Positions 1 to 8,519 are shown, counted from the first letter of the stretch. The stretch: DNA of 25,245 nt from an uncultured archaeon (GCA_964373795.1 CAYJVY010000014.1:1-25245), one strand, 5' to 3'. A program made the numbers and translations. Notes: generated from the sequence alone by a model not told the origin.

Positions 1-13
1 GATTGGAAAGTAC

Positions 14-3000
14 ATGGTTGGAGAAGTAGAGGAATCTGAGAGAGCTGGAAAAAAGCATTTAATTTTTAAATGTCAGAACTGTCCTTATGGAAAATCAATT
101 GCTGATGACAAGGCTTGCAGGTTTCATGTACTAGCGTTTGCTTTACAGCAAACCACTCCTGACATAATTATTTTGTATGACTTGTATGAAAGAGTTTACG
201 ATGAAAATCAAACAAAGCTTTTAGTTGAATTAGCTGACCTTCTTCAAAGATTTAAAACTTATGGATTTGATTCACTTAAATATTTAGTTGATCAAGAAAA
301 AGAATTAACTGATTTAAAGGGAGCTAGATGGGGAGTAATAGAGTCAATTACTGCTGATGTTCCTAGATACGATCCAATTACTGCTTTTTTAATGCTTTCA
401 CAAGAATTAAAAAAAGAAACAACCAGAGTTGGAGACTTAAAAAATGCAGGCAGTTCTTATGGAGTGGCTTATCTTAATACTTTGCGCACAATTTACGGTT
501 TTTACAAAGAAACTGATTTAATTAAAGATTTATCTGAATACTTAAAGCAATTAAGTAGGGTTCCTCCAGTAAATGAATTGTATAAAAAGTATTTTGAAGC
601 TCAGTTAAAGCCTTCTTTTATTGCTTCAACTTTAATGTTTCCTGAAGACGAGCAACTTGAAATAAAAGATTCTTATTATGTGAAAGGAGCTAATATTCAA
701 ATTTTTAAGCATCCAAATCTTGCAGAGCATTTGTATTACGTTAATGCTCCTGAATATTCTTTTAATGCTGAAAAATTTTTGTTGTGGAGTCAAGCAAGAG
801 AAATTGTTGGAGCTTATACTCCTGGAAAGGATTCAGTTTCTTTAGAGGGAAGGTCAAGAAAATATTATGAAAGAAGATATGAATCAGTTATTGCAAAGCT
901 TGCTCAAGAACAAGGAATTAGTTTAGATCCTTTAGAGTTAAGAGAATTAGCAATTGTTGTTGCTCGTTATACAGTGGGTTATGGAATTTTGGAAATCTTG
1001 TTAAGTGATAGGGAAACGATTAGGGAAGAATTGCCTGAAGAAGAAAAAACAAAGCTTGGAAAAATTTTTGAAGCAAAAGAAAAACAGTTAAAGAAAAAAT
1101 CTAAAGGAGATGAAGACATTGAATTAAGTTCAGAAGACCTTGGCCCTAAAGGAATTATTCAAGACATTTATTTAGATGCTCCTGTGGGAAAAAAACCTAT
1201 TTACCTTAATCACAGTGAATTTGGAATTTGTAAAACAAATATTTTGTATTCAGAAAACGATGCAAAAAAACTTGCAACAAAAATTCGAACAATTTCTGGA
1301 AGGCCTTTAGATGAAACTCATCCTGTATTGGATTATGATTTGAAAGACTTTGATTCCAGAGTTGCAATAATTCAAGAACCTTTATCTCCTGATGGACTGG
1401 CTTTTGCTTTTAGATTGCATGCATTAAATCCTTGGACTATTTCAAAGTTTTTAGATCCAGCTAATGCAATGCTTAATCCTCTTGCAGCAGGTTTTCTGTC
1501 TTTTTTTGTTTCAGTTAATTCAACTATTTTGGTTTGTGGTTCAAGAGGAAGTGGTAAAACTTCTTTGCTTGGAGCATTAATGCTTGAATTAGATCAAGAT
1601 ACTCGAATTCTTGTGCAAGAAGATAGTGTTACAGGAGATTCTTTTATTGTTGTAGAACGCAATGGACAAATAGAGAAAGCAACTGTTGGAGAATTAATTG
1701 ATGAATTAATTGAAAAATACGGAGCTGAAAAAATTAATGAAAGAGAAATTTTGCATGCAAACCCTGAAGGCGTGAGAGTTTTCTCTTTAAACAAGGCCAA
1801 TAAAACTGAATTAAAACCTGTTTCACAATTCATGAGGCACAAGGTTTCAAAAGAATTATTTGAAGTGAAAACAAGAAGTGGAAAAAAAATTAAGGTTACA
1901 GGAGATCATTCCTTATTTACTTTGAGAGATAATTCAGTTCAAGCAATTAAAACAAAAGACATTGTTCCTGGAAGCTTTATTGCTACTCCGAGAAATTTAC
2001 CTTTAAACAATTCTGAAATTAACTCAATTAATTTGTTTGAAAAATTGATTGAATTAGAGAATGGTTTCATTGCAGGAAAAGAATTGCCAAAATTCATTGA
2101 AATGAATTGGAGTGAAATTAAAAAAACTGCTTTTGAATTAGGGTATAAAAAAGTCGCTTTTAGTGCTTGGAAAAGAAAAGGGTTTTTGCCAATAAAAGTT
2201 TTAAGGAAATTGAATTTCTCTCCTCTTGATTTGAGAAAACTTGTATTTAAATTAGACAGAAAATCAAAGCAAATTCCTGTTGAAATAATTTTGTCAAAAG
2301 AGTTTTTGAATTTTATTGGTTTGTGGTTAGCTAATGGTTCTTTTGATTCAAAGTATGCAGTAATTATTTCAACTCCTGGGTGCGAGAATTTAATTCAAAG
2401 AGTTGCACAGCAGTTTGGTTTAAAGGCCAGAAAGCATTCTGATTCTTTTTCAACAATTATTTCGAATACTGGTTTGAATTGGTTTTTGAAAACTGTTTTA
2501 GATTTGAATGGAAATGCTTATACTAAAAAAATTCCTAAATGGATTTTTAATTTATCTAAAAATCAAATTGCAGAAGTATTGAAAGGAATTTTTACAGGAG
2601 ATGGATTTACATCGAAATACGAAGTTGGAATTAGTTTAGTTTCAAAAAAATTAATTCAAGAAATTGAATTCTTTTTACTTGTGTTTGGAGTTCTTTCAAG
2701 GAAAAGATTTGTGGAAAGAGATAAAACATTTAATTTAAGAATTAGCGGAATTAAAAACATTCAAAAATTTAGGCAAGAAATAGGTTTTTTACTTGAATAC
2801 AAATCAAGACAACTTGACTTAATTTGTTCCAGGATTTCAACTCACGATGTAACTGATGTAATTCCTTTCAGTGTTGAAGAAAAAACTTTAATGCAAGGCG
2901 TTTTAACAGAGTTTAATAAGCATGACTATGTTTCAAGAAATTATTCCATTGGAAGAGAAAAATTCAAGAGCATGATTCAAACAATTTCAAATGAAGAAAC

Positions 3001-4087
3001 TCTTTTTCAGGACTTCAAAAGTCTTGCTTTTTCAGATATTTTTTGGGATGAAGTTTCAAGTATTAAATCGCTTGGAACGACTCAAGAATTTGTTTACGAC
3101 TTCTCTGTTCCAGGAAGTGAAAACTTTATTTGTGAAAACATTGTTGCGCATAACACTTTAGAATTGCCTGTTGAATTTATGAAGGATTTGAATTATAATG
3201 TTCAAAGCTTGAAAACTAGAAGTCCTTTAGCTGTAAGTGTTAGTGAAACAGAGGTTGCTCCTGAAGAAGCTTTGAGAACTTCTCTGCGTTTAGGTGATTC
3301 AGCAATTATTTTAGGAGAAGTTAGATCTAAAGAAGCAAAAGTATTGTATGAAGCAATGAGGGTTGGAGCAGCTGGTTCAACTGTAATGGGAACAATTCAT
3401 GCTGACTCAGCTTATGCTGTTTGGGATAGAGTTGTTCACGATTTAGGAGTTCCAACAACTTCTTTTAAGGCAACTGATTTAGTTATTGTTGCAAAACCTT
3501 TCAGGCATAAGCTTTCAAAGAAAAGAGTTAGAAGAATTTCTGAACTAACTGAAGTAAAAAAGCATTGGAATGAAGATCCAGATAAAGAAGGAGGTTTGCT
3601 TCGTTTAATGGAATACAATGCGAAAGAAGATGAACTTGAATTGCTTGAAGACAATGTAAAGGATTCGGATTTGTTTAAAAAAGTCAGCAAAGAAACAGGC
3701 ATGTCTTATGATGAAATTTGGGATGAAATTAATTCTAGAGGAGAGTTTAAGAAATTCTTGCCTGAATTAAATGTTTTATACAATTCTTCTGGTGGAGGAA
3801 AAGAATTAGGTTTAACTAAAGATCAAAAAAAATTTATTTTAGATTTAAAGTCAAGGTTTGCTTCAATTAATCCAGTGCCTAAATCTGATTTCTTGTTGGA
3901 AGCAAAATTCACTATTGCAGCTCACAACAAGTATTTGGTTTTAAGAGAAGAACAATTAAATGTTACTAGAGGAAAAATTGATTACAATCAATTGATTGTT
4001 GATTGGAAGGACTGGGTTATAAAAAATTTATTAGAGCAAGCAATTAAGGAAAGAATTATTGTTGAAAGAGAGAAACACAAAATGTGA
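14..4087 (+). CDS. FlaI/PilB/VirB11-GspE superfamily secretion (type IV pilus-like) ATPase, interrupted by an in-frame intein; true start may lie upstream of the window
   Basis: 1357-codon ORF. The extein carries Walker A (GSRGSGKTS), an Asp box restored across the intein (RILVQED|TLELPVE), a Walker B-like motif (DSAIILGEVRSKEA) and a His box (STVMGTIHADSA), in the order typical of these hexameric ATPases. A FlaJ/TadC-like membrane gene follows directly. The frame is open from nt 2 to the ATG at 14, so the N-terminus may be truncated by the window edge. Confidence 0.9.
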   Translation: MVGEVEESERAGKKHLIFKCQNCPYGKSIADDKACRFHVLAFALQQTTPDIIILYDLYERVYDENQTKLLVELADLLQRFKTYGFDSLKYLVDQEKELTDLKGARWGVIESITADVPRYDPITAFLMLSQELKKETTRVGDLKNAGSSYGVAYLNTLRTIYGFYKETDLIKDLSEYLKQLSRVPPVNELYKKYFEAQLKPSFIASTLMFPEDEQLEIKDSYYVKGANIQIFKHPNLAEHLYYVNAPEYSFNAEKFLLWSQAREIVGAYTPGKDSVSLEGRSRKYYERRYESVIAKLAQEQGISLDPLELRELAIVVARYTVGYGILEILLSDRETIREELPEEEKTKLGKIFEAKEKQLKKKSKGDEDIELSSEDLGPKGIIQDIYLDAPVGKKPIYLNHSEFGICKTNILYSENDAKKLATKIRTISGRPLDETHPVLDYDLKDFDSRVAIIQEPLSPDGLAFAFRLHALNPWTISKFLDPANAMLNPLAAGFLSFFVSVNSTILVCGSRGSGKTSLLGALMLELDQDTRILVQEDSVTGDSFIVVERNGQIEKATVGELIDELIEKYGAEKINEREILHANPEGVRVFSLNKANKTELKPVSQFMRHKVSKELFEVKTRSGKKIKVTGDHSLFTLRDNSVQAIKTKDIVPGSFIATPRNLPLNNSEINSINLFEKLIELENGFIAGKELPKFIEMNWSEIKKTAFELGYKKVAFSAWKRKGFLPIKVLRKLNFSPLDLRKLVFKLDRKSKQIPVEIILSKEFLNFIGLWLANGSFDSKYAVIISTPGCENLIQRVAQQFGLKARKHSDSFSTIISNTGLNWFLKTVLDLNGNAYTKKIPKWIFNLSKNQIAEVLKGIFTGDGFTSKYEVGISLVSKKLIQEIEFFLLVFGVLSRKRFVERDKTFNLRISGIKNIQKFRQEIGFLLEYKSRQLDLICSRISTHDVTDVIPFSVEEKTLMQGVLTEFNKHDYVSRNYSIGREKFKSMIQTISNEETLFQDFKSLAFSDIFWDEVSSIKSLGTTQEFVYDFSVPGSENFICENIVAHNTLELPVEFMKDLNYNVQSLKTRSPLAVSVSETEVAPEEALRTSLRLGDSAIILGEVRSKEAKVLYEAMRVGAAGSTVMGTIHADSAYAVWDRVVHDLGVPTTSFKATDLVIVAKPFRHKLSKKRVRRISELTEVKKHWNEDPDKEGGLLRLMEYNAKEDELELLEDNVKDSDLFKKVSKETGMSYDEIWDEINSRGEFKKFLPELNVLYNSSGGGKELGLTKDQKKFILDLKSRFASINPVPKSDFLLEAKFTIAAHNKYLVLREEQLNVTRGKIDYNQLIVDWKDWVIKNLLEQAIKERIIVEREKHKM
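1625..3154 (+). mobile_element. Intein (510 codons) with LAGLIDADG homing-endonuclease domain, inserted in the ATPase Asp box
   Basis: Block A is SVTGDSFIVV (Ser1) and block B is KVTGDHSLF (TxxH). The LAGLIDADG motifs are FIGLWLANGSFD (2312-2347) and LKGIFTGDGF (2579-2608). Block F is VYDFSVPGSENFI and block G is ENIVAHN, followed by Thr+1 (3155-3157). Conceptual excision restores ..ILVQEDTLELPVE.., the canonical Asp box. Confidence 0.85.
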
Positions 4088-4099
4088 CAAGGTTTTTTT

Positions 4100-6526
4100 A
4101 TGCGTAAAAAAGAATTTGACTTTGATTTTTCTGAAGGAAAAATTCCTTCAAAAAATTTTTATGGAAAAATTTCTCTTCCAGGAGAAGAGGAAGAAGTTGA
4201 ATTTACTCCTCAAGAAAAAATTGGAAACCATCCCTTTGTTGTTTACTGTAAAAGTGTTTTCAAAATTTTTGGAAGCCTGGGAAAAGGAGCAAAGTTTTCC
4301 GATGAATACACTGAAGCAGTTGAATTTCTTAGATGGGATTTAAAAGCAGAAGAATTGACTTCAACAATTAGTGCTACAATGATTGTTTCACTAATTGTTT
4401 TTGGCTTGCTTGGAGTAATTTTGTATTTGTTTTCTCCTGTAATGCCTTTTTTGCTTGGCTTTACTAAAAACTTTTATTTATCTGTTGCTTACTTGTTTGG
4501 CCCTTTAATTGGAATTAGTTTGGGGTTAACATTTATTGTGCAAACATTTCCTTTAAGGGAAGCAAAAAAAGAACAAATTCAAGCATTGACTTATATTCCT
4601 GAAATAGTTGGATACATGATAATGCAAATGAAGTTAGTTCCAAATTTAGAGAAAGCCACAAGGTTTGCAGCAGAACATGGAAGAGGAAAAATTGCTCGCG
4701 ATTTAGGGGAAATTGTTTGGAAAGTAAATCATGGAGCTTATTCAACTGTTGTAGAAGGATTAGAGGATTTACGAAAAAGATGGGGAAGTTATTCAAGTGA
4801 ATTAAAAGAAGCTTTAATGAATATTCGTGCAAGTGTTTTAGAAGGAAATGAAGAAAAAAGATTTGCTTTACTGGATAAAACCATGGATTCGATTTTGAAT
4901 TCCATTAGAGACAAAATGGAGAACTATGCTCGCGGCTTGTCTCAGCCTTCAACTATTTTGTTTTACGTTGGAATTTTATTGCCTTTAATTTTAATCATTA
5001 TTTTACCTGTTGGAAGCTCTTTCACTGGCCAGGCTTTAGCTAGGCCTGAAATTTTAATTTTAATTTACAATATTGCTTTGCCTGCTTTTGCTTTTATTTT
5101 TTCTTTATATGTTATTTCTCAAAAACCTCCAACCTATGAATCTCCTAAAGTAGAGGATTCCCATCCAGAAATTTTAAGCGAATATAATTTGCGTAACAAG
5201 AAATATAAAATGGTTTTAGGAGAAGCAAGAGATAAAGGAAAACTTGTAAGAAAAGGAATTGTTTTAGATGTTAGATTAATTGCAGTTCTCATTTTAATTG
5301 CAGGATTTGGATTGTCGTATTTTGTTTCAACGCAAGGAATTCCTCCAAAGTTTTTATTAAGTGGAGATAAAGGGGAAGACATTGCGCAAATTATTCCGGC
5401 AGATAAACAGGTTTCAGATGTATTGCTGAGAAGCAGTTTACCTTTGGATTATTTTGAAGTAAACGGAACTCTTTTCAAAAAACTTACTGATAAAGGTGCA
5501 ACAGTTGAAAAAGCTCAAGAATTAATGCTGATTGAGAAAAACAATTTTTTCTTTAAACCTGAAAACGATGTTTCGCCTTTTTTATTAATTTTTGGAATTC
5601 TAATTACTCTTAGTTTAACTGTTTCTTTTTTTCTATACTTTTCAAATATTTATAAAAGAAAGGTTCAACAAGATTACATGCAAATTGAATCAGAATTCAA
5701 AGAATCTCTTTACGTTTTAGCTTCGCGTTTAGGAGAAAACAAGCCAATTGAAGAAGCTTTAAGGCATACAAAAGAATTTCTTCCAAATTTGAAAATAAGT
5801 GAAGCATTGTTTGGAAAAATTTTATACAATGTTTCAGTAAACAATTTAACTCTGCGAGGAGCATTATTTGATCCACAAGTCGGAGCATTAAAAGGAAATC
5901 CTTCAAGCATGATTAGAACTTCAATGAAGTTATTAGTTGACTCAGTTGAATTAAGTGTTGAACAAGCTTCTAGTACTTTAATTAATTTGTCAATGCAGTT
6001 AAGAAACTCTGAAAAGGTTTCAAAGCTTTTAACTGTTTTAGTTAGCGAGATTTCTTCCACAATGTATACAATGACTATATTCATTGCACCAATTGTTTTA
6101 GGAATTACTACTAGTTTGCAAAAAGTTGTAATGGTTACTCTTGCACAAATTTCTTCTGCTCCTGGAGGAGGAACAGGAATAACTGATGCTTTAACTGATT
6201 TAGATACTTCAGCTCTTTCAAGTGTTGGAGCAGGAGGCGTTGGATCTGCAATTAGTTCAATTAAGTCTCTAGGATCAAGTGTTTCAGGAGTAGGAGTTGA
6301 TCCAACTGTTTTAAGGTCTTTAGCTGATCCAACTCAATTTTTAGTAATAGTAGCTATTTACGTAATTGAATTAGTAATCATTATGAGTTTTTTCACTTCA
6401 ATGATGGAAGAAGACAATAAATTAAAATTCAGAATAGGGTTGGCAAAGGCCTTGCCTGTTGCAGTAATTATTTTCATTGCAAGCCTATATTTTGCAAACA
6501 CAGTTGTAGGCGGATTCTTCGGATAG
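4100..6526 (+). CDS. FlaJ/TadC/PilC-like polytopic membrane platform protein (enlarged, 808 aa)
   Basis: Starts 12 nt after the ATPase stop. Clusters of hydrophobic helices alternate with two soluble helical segments (approx aa 150-285 and 515-650), as in the duplicated T2SS-F/FlaJ architecture. The assignment rests on architecture and synteny, not on a named motif. Confidence 0.7.
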   Translation: MRKKEFDFDFSEGKIPSKNFYGKISLPGEEEEVEFTPQEKIGNHPFVVYCKSVFKIFGSLGKGAKFSDEYTEAVEFLRWDLKAEELTSTISATMIVSLIVFGLLGVILYLFSPVMPFLLGFTKNFYLSVAYLFGPLIGISLGLTFIVQTFPLREAKKEQIQALTYIPEIVGYMIMQMKLVPNLEKATRFAAEHGRGKIARDLGEIVWKVNHGAYSTVVEGLEDLRKRWGSYSSELKEALMNIRASVLEGNEEKRFALLDKTMDSILNSIRDKMENYARGLSQPSTILFYVGILLPLILIIILPVGSSFTGQALARPEILILIYNIALPAFAFIFSLYVISQKPPTYESPKVEDSHPEILSEYNLRNKKYKMVLGEARDKGKLVRKGIVLDVRLIAVLILIAGFGLSYFVSTQGIPPKFLLSGDKGEDIAQIIPADKQVSDVLLRSSLPLDYFEVNGTLFKKLTDKGATVEKAQELMLIEKNNFFFKPENDVSPFLLIFGILITLSLTVSFFLYFSNIYKRKVQQDYMQIESEFKESLYVLASRLGENKPIEEALRHTKEFLPNLKISEALFGKILYNVSVNNLTLRGALFDPQVGALKGNPSSMIRTSMKLLVDSVELSVEQASSTLINLSMQLRNSEKVSKLLTVLVSEISSTMYTMTIFIAPIVLGITTSLQKVVMVTLAQISSAPGGGTGITDALTDLDTSALSSVGAGGVGSAISSIKSLGSSVSGVGVDPTVLRSLADPTQFLVIVAIYVIELVIIMSFFTSMMEEDNKLKFRIGLAKALPVAVIIFIASLYFANTVVGGFFG

Positions 6527-6534
6527 GGAAAGAA

Positions 6535-6999
6535 ATGTTTAACGAGAAAGGAATTGAAACAATTGGGTTTGAAATAATTGTTGGAGTAACAATTGCTTTT
6601 TTTATTTTATTAATTGTCTTAGGTGCAATAAATTATTTTGAAGGTTTGAGGTATCAAGTTAGCTCGCAATTATTTGTTGACGGATTAAAAGCAGCAATTA
6701 ATTCTCCTAATGGAAAAATTGTTGAAAAATCAAACATTGGGTTAAAAGCAGGAAAATATTCAACTAGGTTTCTTTCACTTCAAACTGGTTTGCAAGAAAA
6801 ATGTTTAAGATTCAAGCCTGCGAGTTCTAAAAATGTCGAAGTCTCAAGTGATTCAAGTTTAGTTGAATTAAAACAAGACTTTACTTCAAAGGTTTATTAT
6901 AGGTGTTTTACAAAAGGATTTGAAGATTCTTTTGAACCCTTTGATTGTGAAATAAGTTGCTATATTTCCATTGGCAATGCATTTGAAGAATCTTCCTAA
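6535..6999 (+). CDS. Pilin-like exported protein (class III-type signal peptide), distant member of a Cys-containing family
   Basis: N-terminus MFNEKG|IETIGFEIIVGVTIAFFILLIVLG: a short charged leader, Gly, then ~25 hydrophobic residues. The ATG lies 8 nt after the platform-gene stop. It has 4 Cys (EKCLRF, YRC, FDCEISC), positioned like those of the two downstream paralogues. Confidence 0.6.
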   Translation: MFNEKGIETIGFEIIVGVTIAFFILLIVLGAINYFEGLRYQVSSQLFVDGLKAAINSPNGKIVEKSNIGLKAGKYSTRFLSLQTGLQEKCLRFKPASSKNVEVSSDSSLVELKQDFTSKVYYRCFTKGFEDSFEPFDCEISCYISIGNAFEESS

Positions 7000-7098
7000 A
7001 ACCTGAAAATTCGTGTAAAATGTTCAGACAATGCTTTCCAAAAATTATTTATATATGTTTGAAGTTGTTTGTTACAGTGAATTTAAGGAGCTTTGAAA

Positions 7099-7641
7099 AT
7101 GATTTTTAAAATGGATTCAAAAGGTCAAAACCAAGTATTCCAATTATTAATTGGAGCAATTATTGCTTTTGCTGTTTTAGCTATTTTGCTTGGATTACTT
7201 CCAAACATTAATATTGGGAAAAATCCTTTAGATGAAGCAAAAAGATTAGTTAAAGATGCAGCTAATAATCCTTCTTCGGCTTTTTCAAGTGAAAGAGTTA
7301 CATTTGATAATGCTAAATCATTAGTTCCAAGAACTATTGCAGTTGGAAGCGGAGGAGTAATAACTGAAGATCAATTATGTCTTTTCACTGGTTCAAGATT
7401 TGATGAAGGAAGTGGATTTGAATTTCGAGGAGACAAACCTTCAGGAATATATTATACTGGTTCGCCTAGAGAAGTTAAATTAAGAATTATTTGTGACAGG
7501 CCAAGCGCTTTAGAAAAAGGATTAAAAGATAATTTCCCAGGAGAAACATTTACTTTAGGTGGAGCTTCTTGCGGAAATGATTGTGAATCAAGTGGAAGAG
7601 ATACTTGTTGTGTAATAGTAGTAGTTGGAAGAGACGAATAA
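7099..7641 (+). CDS. Pilin-like exported protein with KGQ class III signal peptide; 6-Cys family
   Basis: AAGGAG at 7085-7090 precedes the ATG at 7099 (the track start 7093 is a TTG two codons earlier). MIFKMDSKG|QNQVFQLLIGAIIAFAVLAILLGLL is a textbook archaeal prepilin N-terminus. It has 6 Cys, including the C-terminal CGNDCESSGRDTCCVIVV. A T-rich tract follows the stop. Confidence 0.65.
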   Translation: MIFKMDSKGQNQVFQLLIGAIIAFAVLAILLGLLPNINIGKNPLDEAKRLVKDAANNPSSAFSSERVTFDNAKSLVPRTIAVGSGGVITEDQLCLFTGSRFDEGSGFEFRGDKPSGIYYTGSPREVKLRIICDRPSALEKGLKDNFPGETFTLGGASCGNDCESSGRDTCCVIVVVGRDE

Positions 7642-7643
7642 AT

Positions 7644-7671
7644 CTCTTTCTTTTTTTAATTTTTTATTTTC
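7644..7671 (+). terminator. T-rich terminator tract after the 7099-7641 pilin-like gene
   Basis: CTCTTTCTTTTTTTAATTTTTTATTTTC follows the stop directly, and the next gene has its own promoter box. Confidence 0.4.
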
Positions 7672-7684
7672 ACTTGAAACTTAA

Positions 7685-7693
7685 ATTTAAATA
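7685..7693 (+). promoter_or_regulatory. TATA-like box ATTTAAATA upstream of the 7720 gene
   Basis: Ends 27 nt before the ATG at 7720, and there is no Shine-Dalgarno sequence. This is consistent with a leaderless mRNA. Confidence 0.4.
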
Positions 7694-7719
7694 GTTGTTT
7701 TCTCTATAAAGTATTTTGA

Positions 7720-8313
7720 ATGAAGTCAAATCAATTAATTGTATTTGTTGCAGTGTTTGTTTCAACCTTGCTAGTAATTCTTTTCTTTACAGGTTTTTTT
7801 AATCCTTCAAAGCCTTTAGAAGAAGACATTGAAGTAAAATCTTTTGAAGAAGCAAGAGAAGTGTTTGATTCCTCTCCAAATATAGTTGCAAGAAAGCAGT
7901 TAAATGCAGTTTTAAGTTCTCCAGAATATCATGTAAATAATTTTTTAGTGTATTCTGAAAAAATTCTTTTTTTTCCAGGAGACGAAATTGATTCAAAAAA
8001 ATTAGCTGAGGATTTGCCTTTGAATTCAAACCAGTTTTGTTTAATGAAAGGCGAATTACAAGATTCTTCTTTTGAATTCAAGGAAAACAAATTAGTTTTA
8101 AATCAAAAAACAGGCACTTTAATTGCAAGAGTTTCAGTTGATTGTTCTCCTGCAAATAAATTAGAGGAAAGGCTTTCCTCTTATGGATTAAATTTTTCCA
8201 CTTCCTTGAATGCAAGAAGCTCTAATACTGTTTGCGGAGAAAAATGCTTGCAAGGAGAAGAACTTTGTTGTGTAGTGATTTTAAGAAAAGAAAATCAATC
8301 TCCTATGCCTTAA
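7720..8313 (+). CDS. Exported/membrane-anchored paralogue of the 7099-7641 protein; 6-Cys family
   Basis: N-terminal hydrophobic helix MKSNQLIVFVAVFVSTLLVILFFTGFF, with no Gly before it, so it is a signal anchor or an atypical prepilin. The globular part aligns by eye with 7099-7641: QxCL, FEF, CxxPxxLE, CGxxCx7CCV[IV]. It has its own A/T box at 7685-7693. Confidence 0.55.
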   Translation: MKSNQLIVFVAVFVSTLLVILFFTGFFNPSKPLEEDIEVKSFEEAREVFDSSPNIVARKQLNAVLSSPEYHVNNFLVYSEKILFFPGDEIDSKKLAEDLPLNSNQFCLMKGELQDSSFEFKENKLVLNQKTGTLIARVSVDCSPANKLEERLSSYGLNFSTSLNARSSNTVCGEKCLQGEELCCVVILRKENQSPMP

Positions 8314-8333
8314 AGCAATAATTAAATACTTCT
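8312..8333 (+). promoter_or_regulatory. A/T-rich promoter box (BRE/TATA-like), copy 1: AAAGCAATAATTAAATACTTCT
   Basis: The AATTAAATA core ends 24 nt before the ATG at 8352. The box is 21/22 identical to 9369-9390. Confidence 0.5.
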
Positions 8334-8351
8334 CTAGAATAATATTTACTT

Positions 8352-8519
8352 ATGCTTGCATTGCAAAAATTGTTGAAAGAAGAAATTGCTCAAGGCAGTT
8401 GGAATAATGTTTATTTACTTGTAGTGTTTGCAATTGCTGCTTTGCTTGTAATTGGATTAATTAAACCAATGTTTAGACAGTCTGCTTCAATTGTTAGAAC
8501 TTTTAATGTAACTAAGTAA
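8352..8519 (+). CDS. 55-aa single-helix mini-protein, candidate short (Flp/Epd-size) pilin; absent from the ORF track because it is under 60 aa
   Basis: ATG at 8352 to TAA at 8517-8519. The product is MLALQKLLKEEIAQG|SWNNVYLLVVFAIAALLVIGLIKPMFRQSASIVRTFNVTK: a charged leader, Gly, a hydrophobic helix and a short tail. It is preceded by the same 22-nt A/T-rich box as the pilin gene at 9408. Confidence 0.45.
   Translation: MLALQKLLKEEIAQGSWNNVYLLVVFAIAALLVIGLIKPMFRQSASIVRTFNVTK

Noticed and set aside
1016-1156. The charged insert in the ATPase as a second (mini-)intein
   Set aside because: It is only about 47 residues. It has no Cys/Ser/Thr nucleophile context, no TxxH block and no terminal HN. 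It is a low-complexity linker or insert instead.
1594-6084. Minus-strand and overlapping ORFs inside the ATPase and platform genes (1594-1842, 3436-3702, 4059-4343, 4533-4832, 5134-5382, 5697-5906, 5710-6084)
   Set aside because: All lie antisense to, or out of frame within, long motif-bearing genes. Their products are low-complexity Leu/Ser/Phe-rich, as expected of shadow ORFs in AT-rich DNA.
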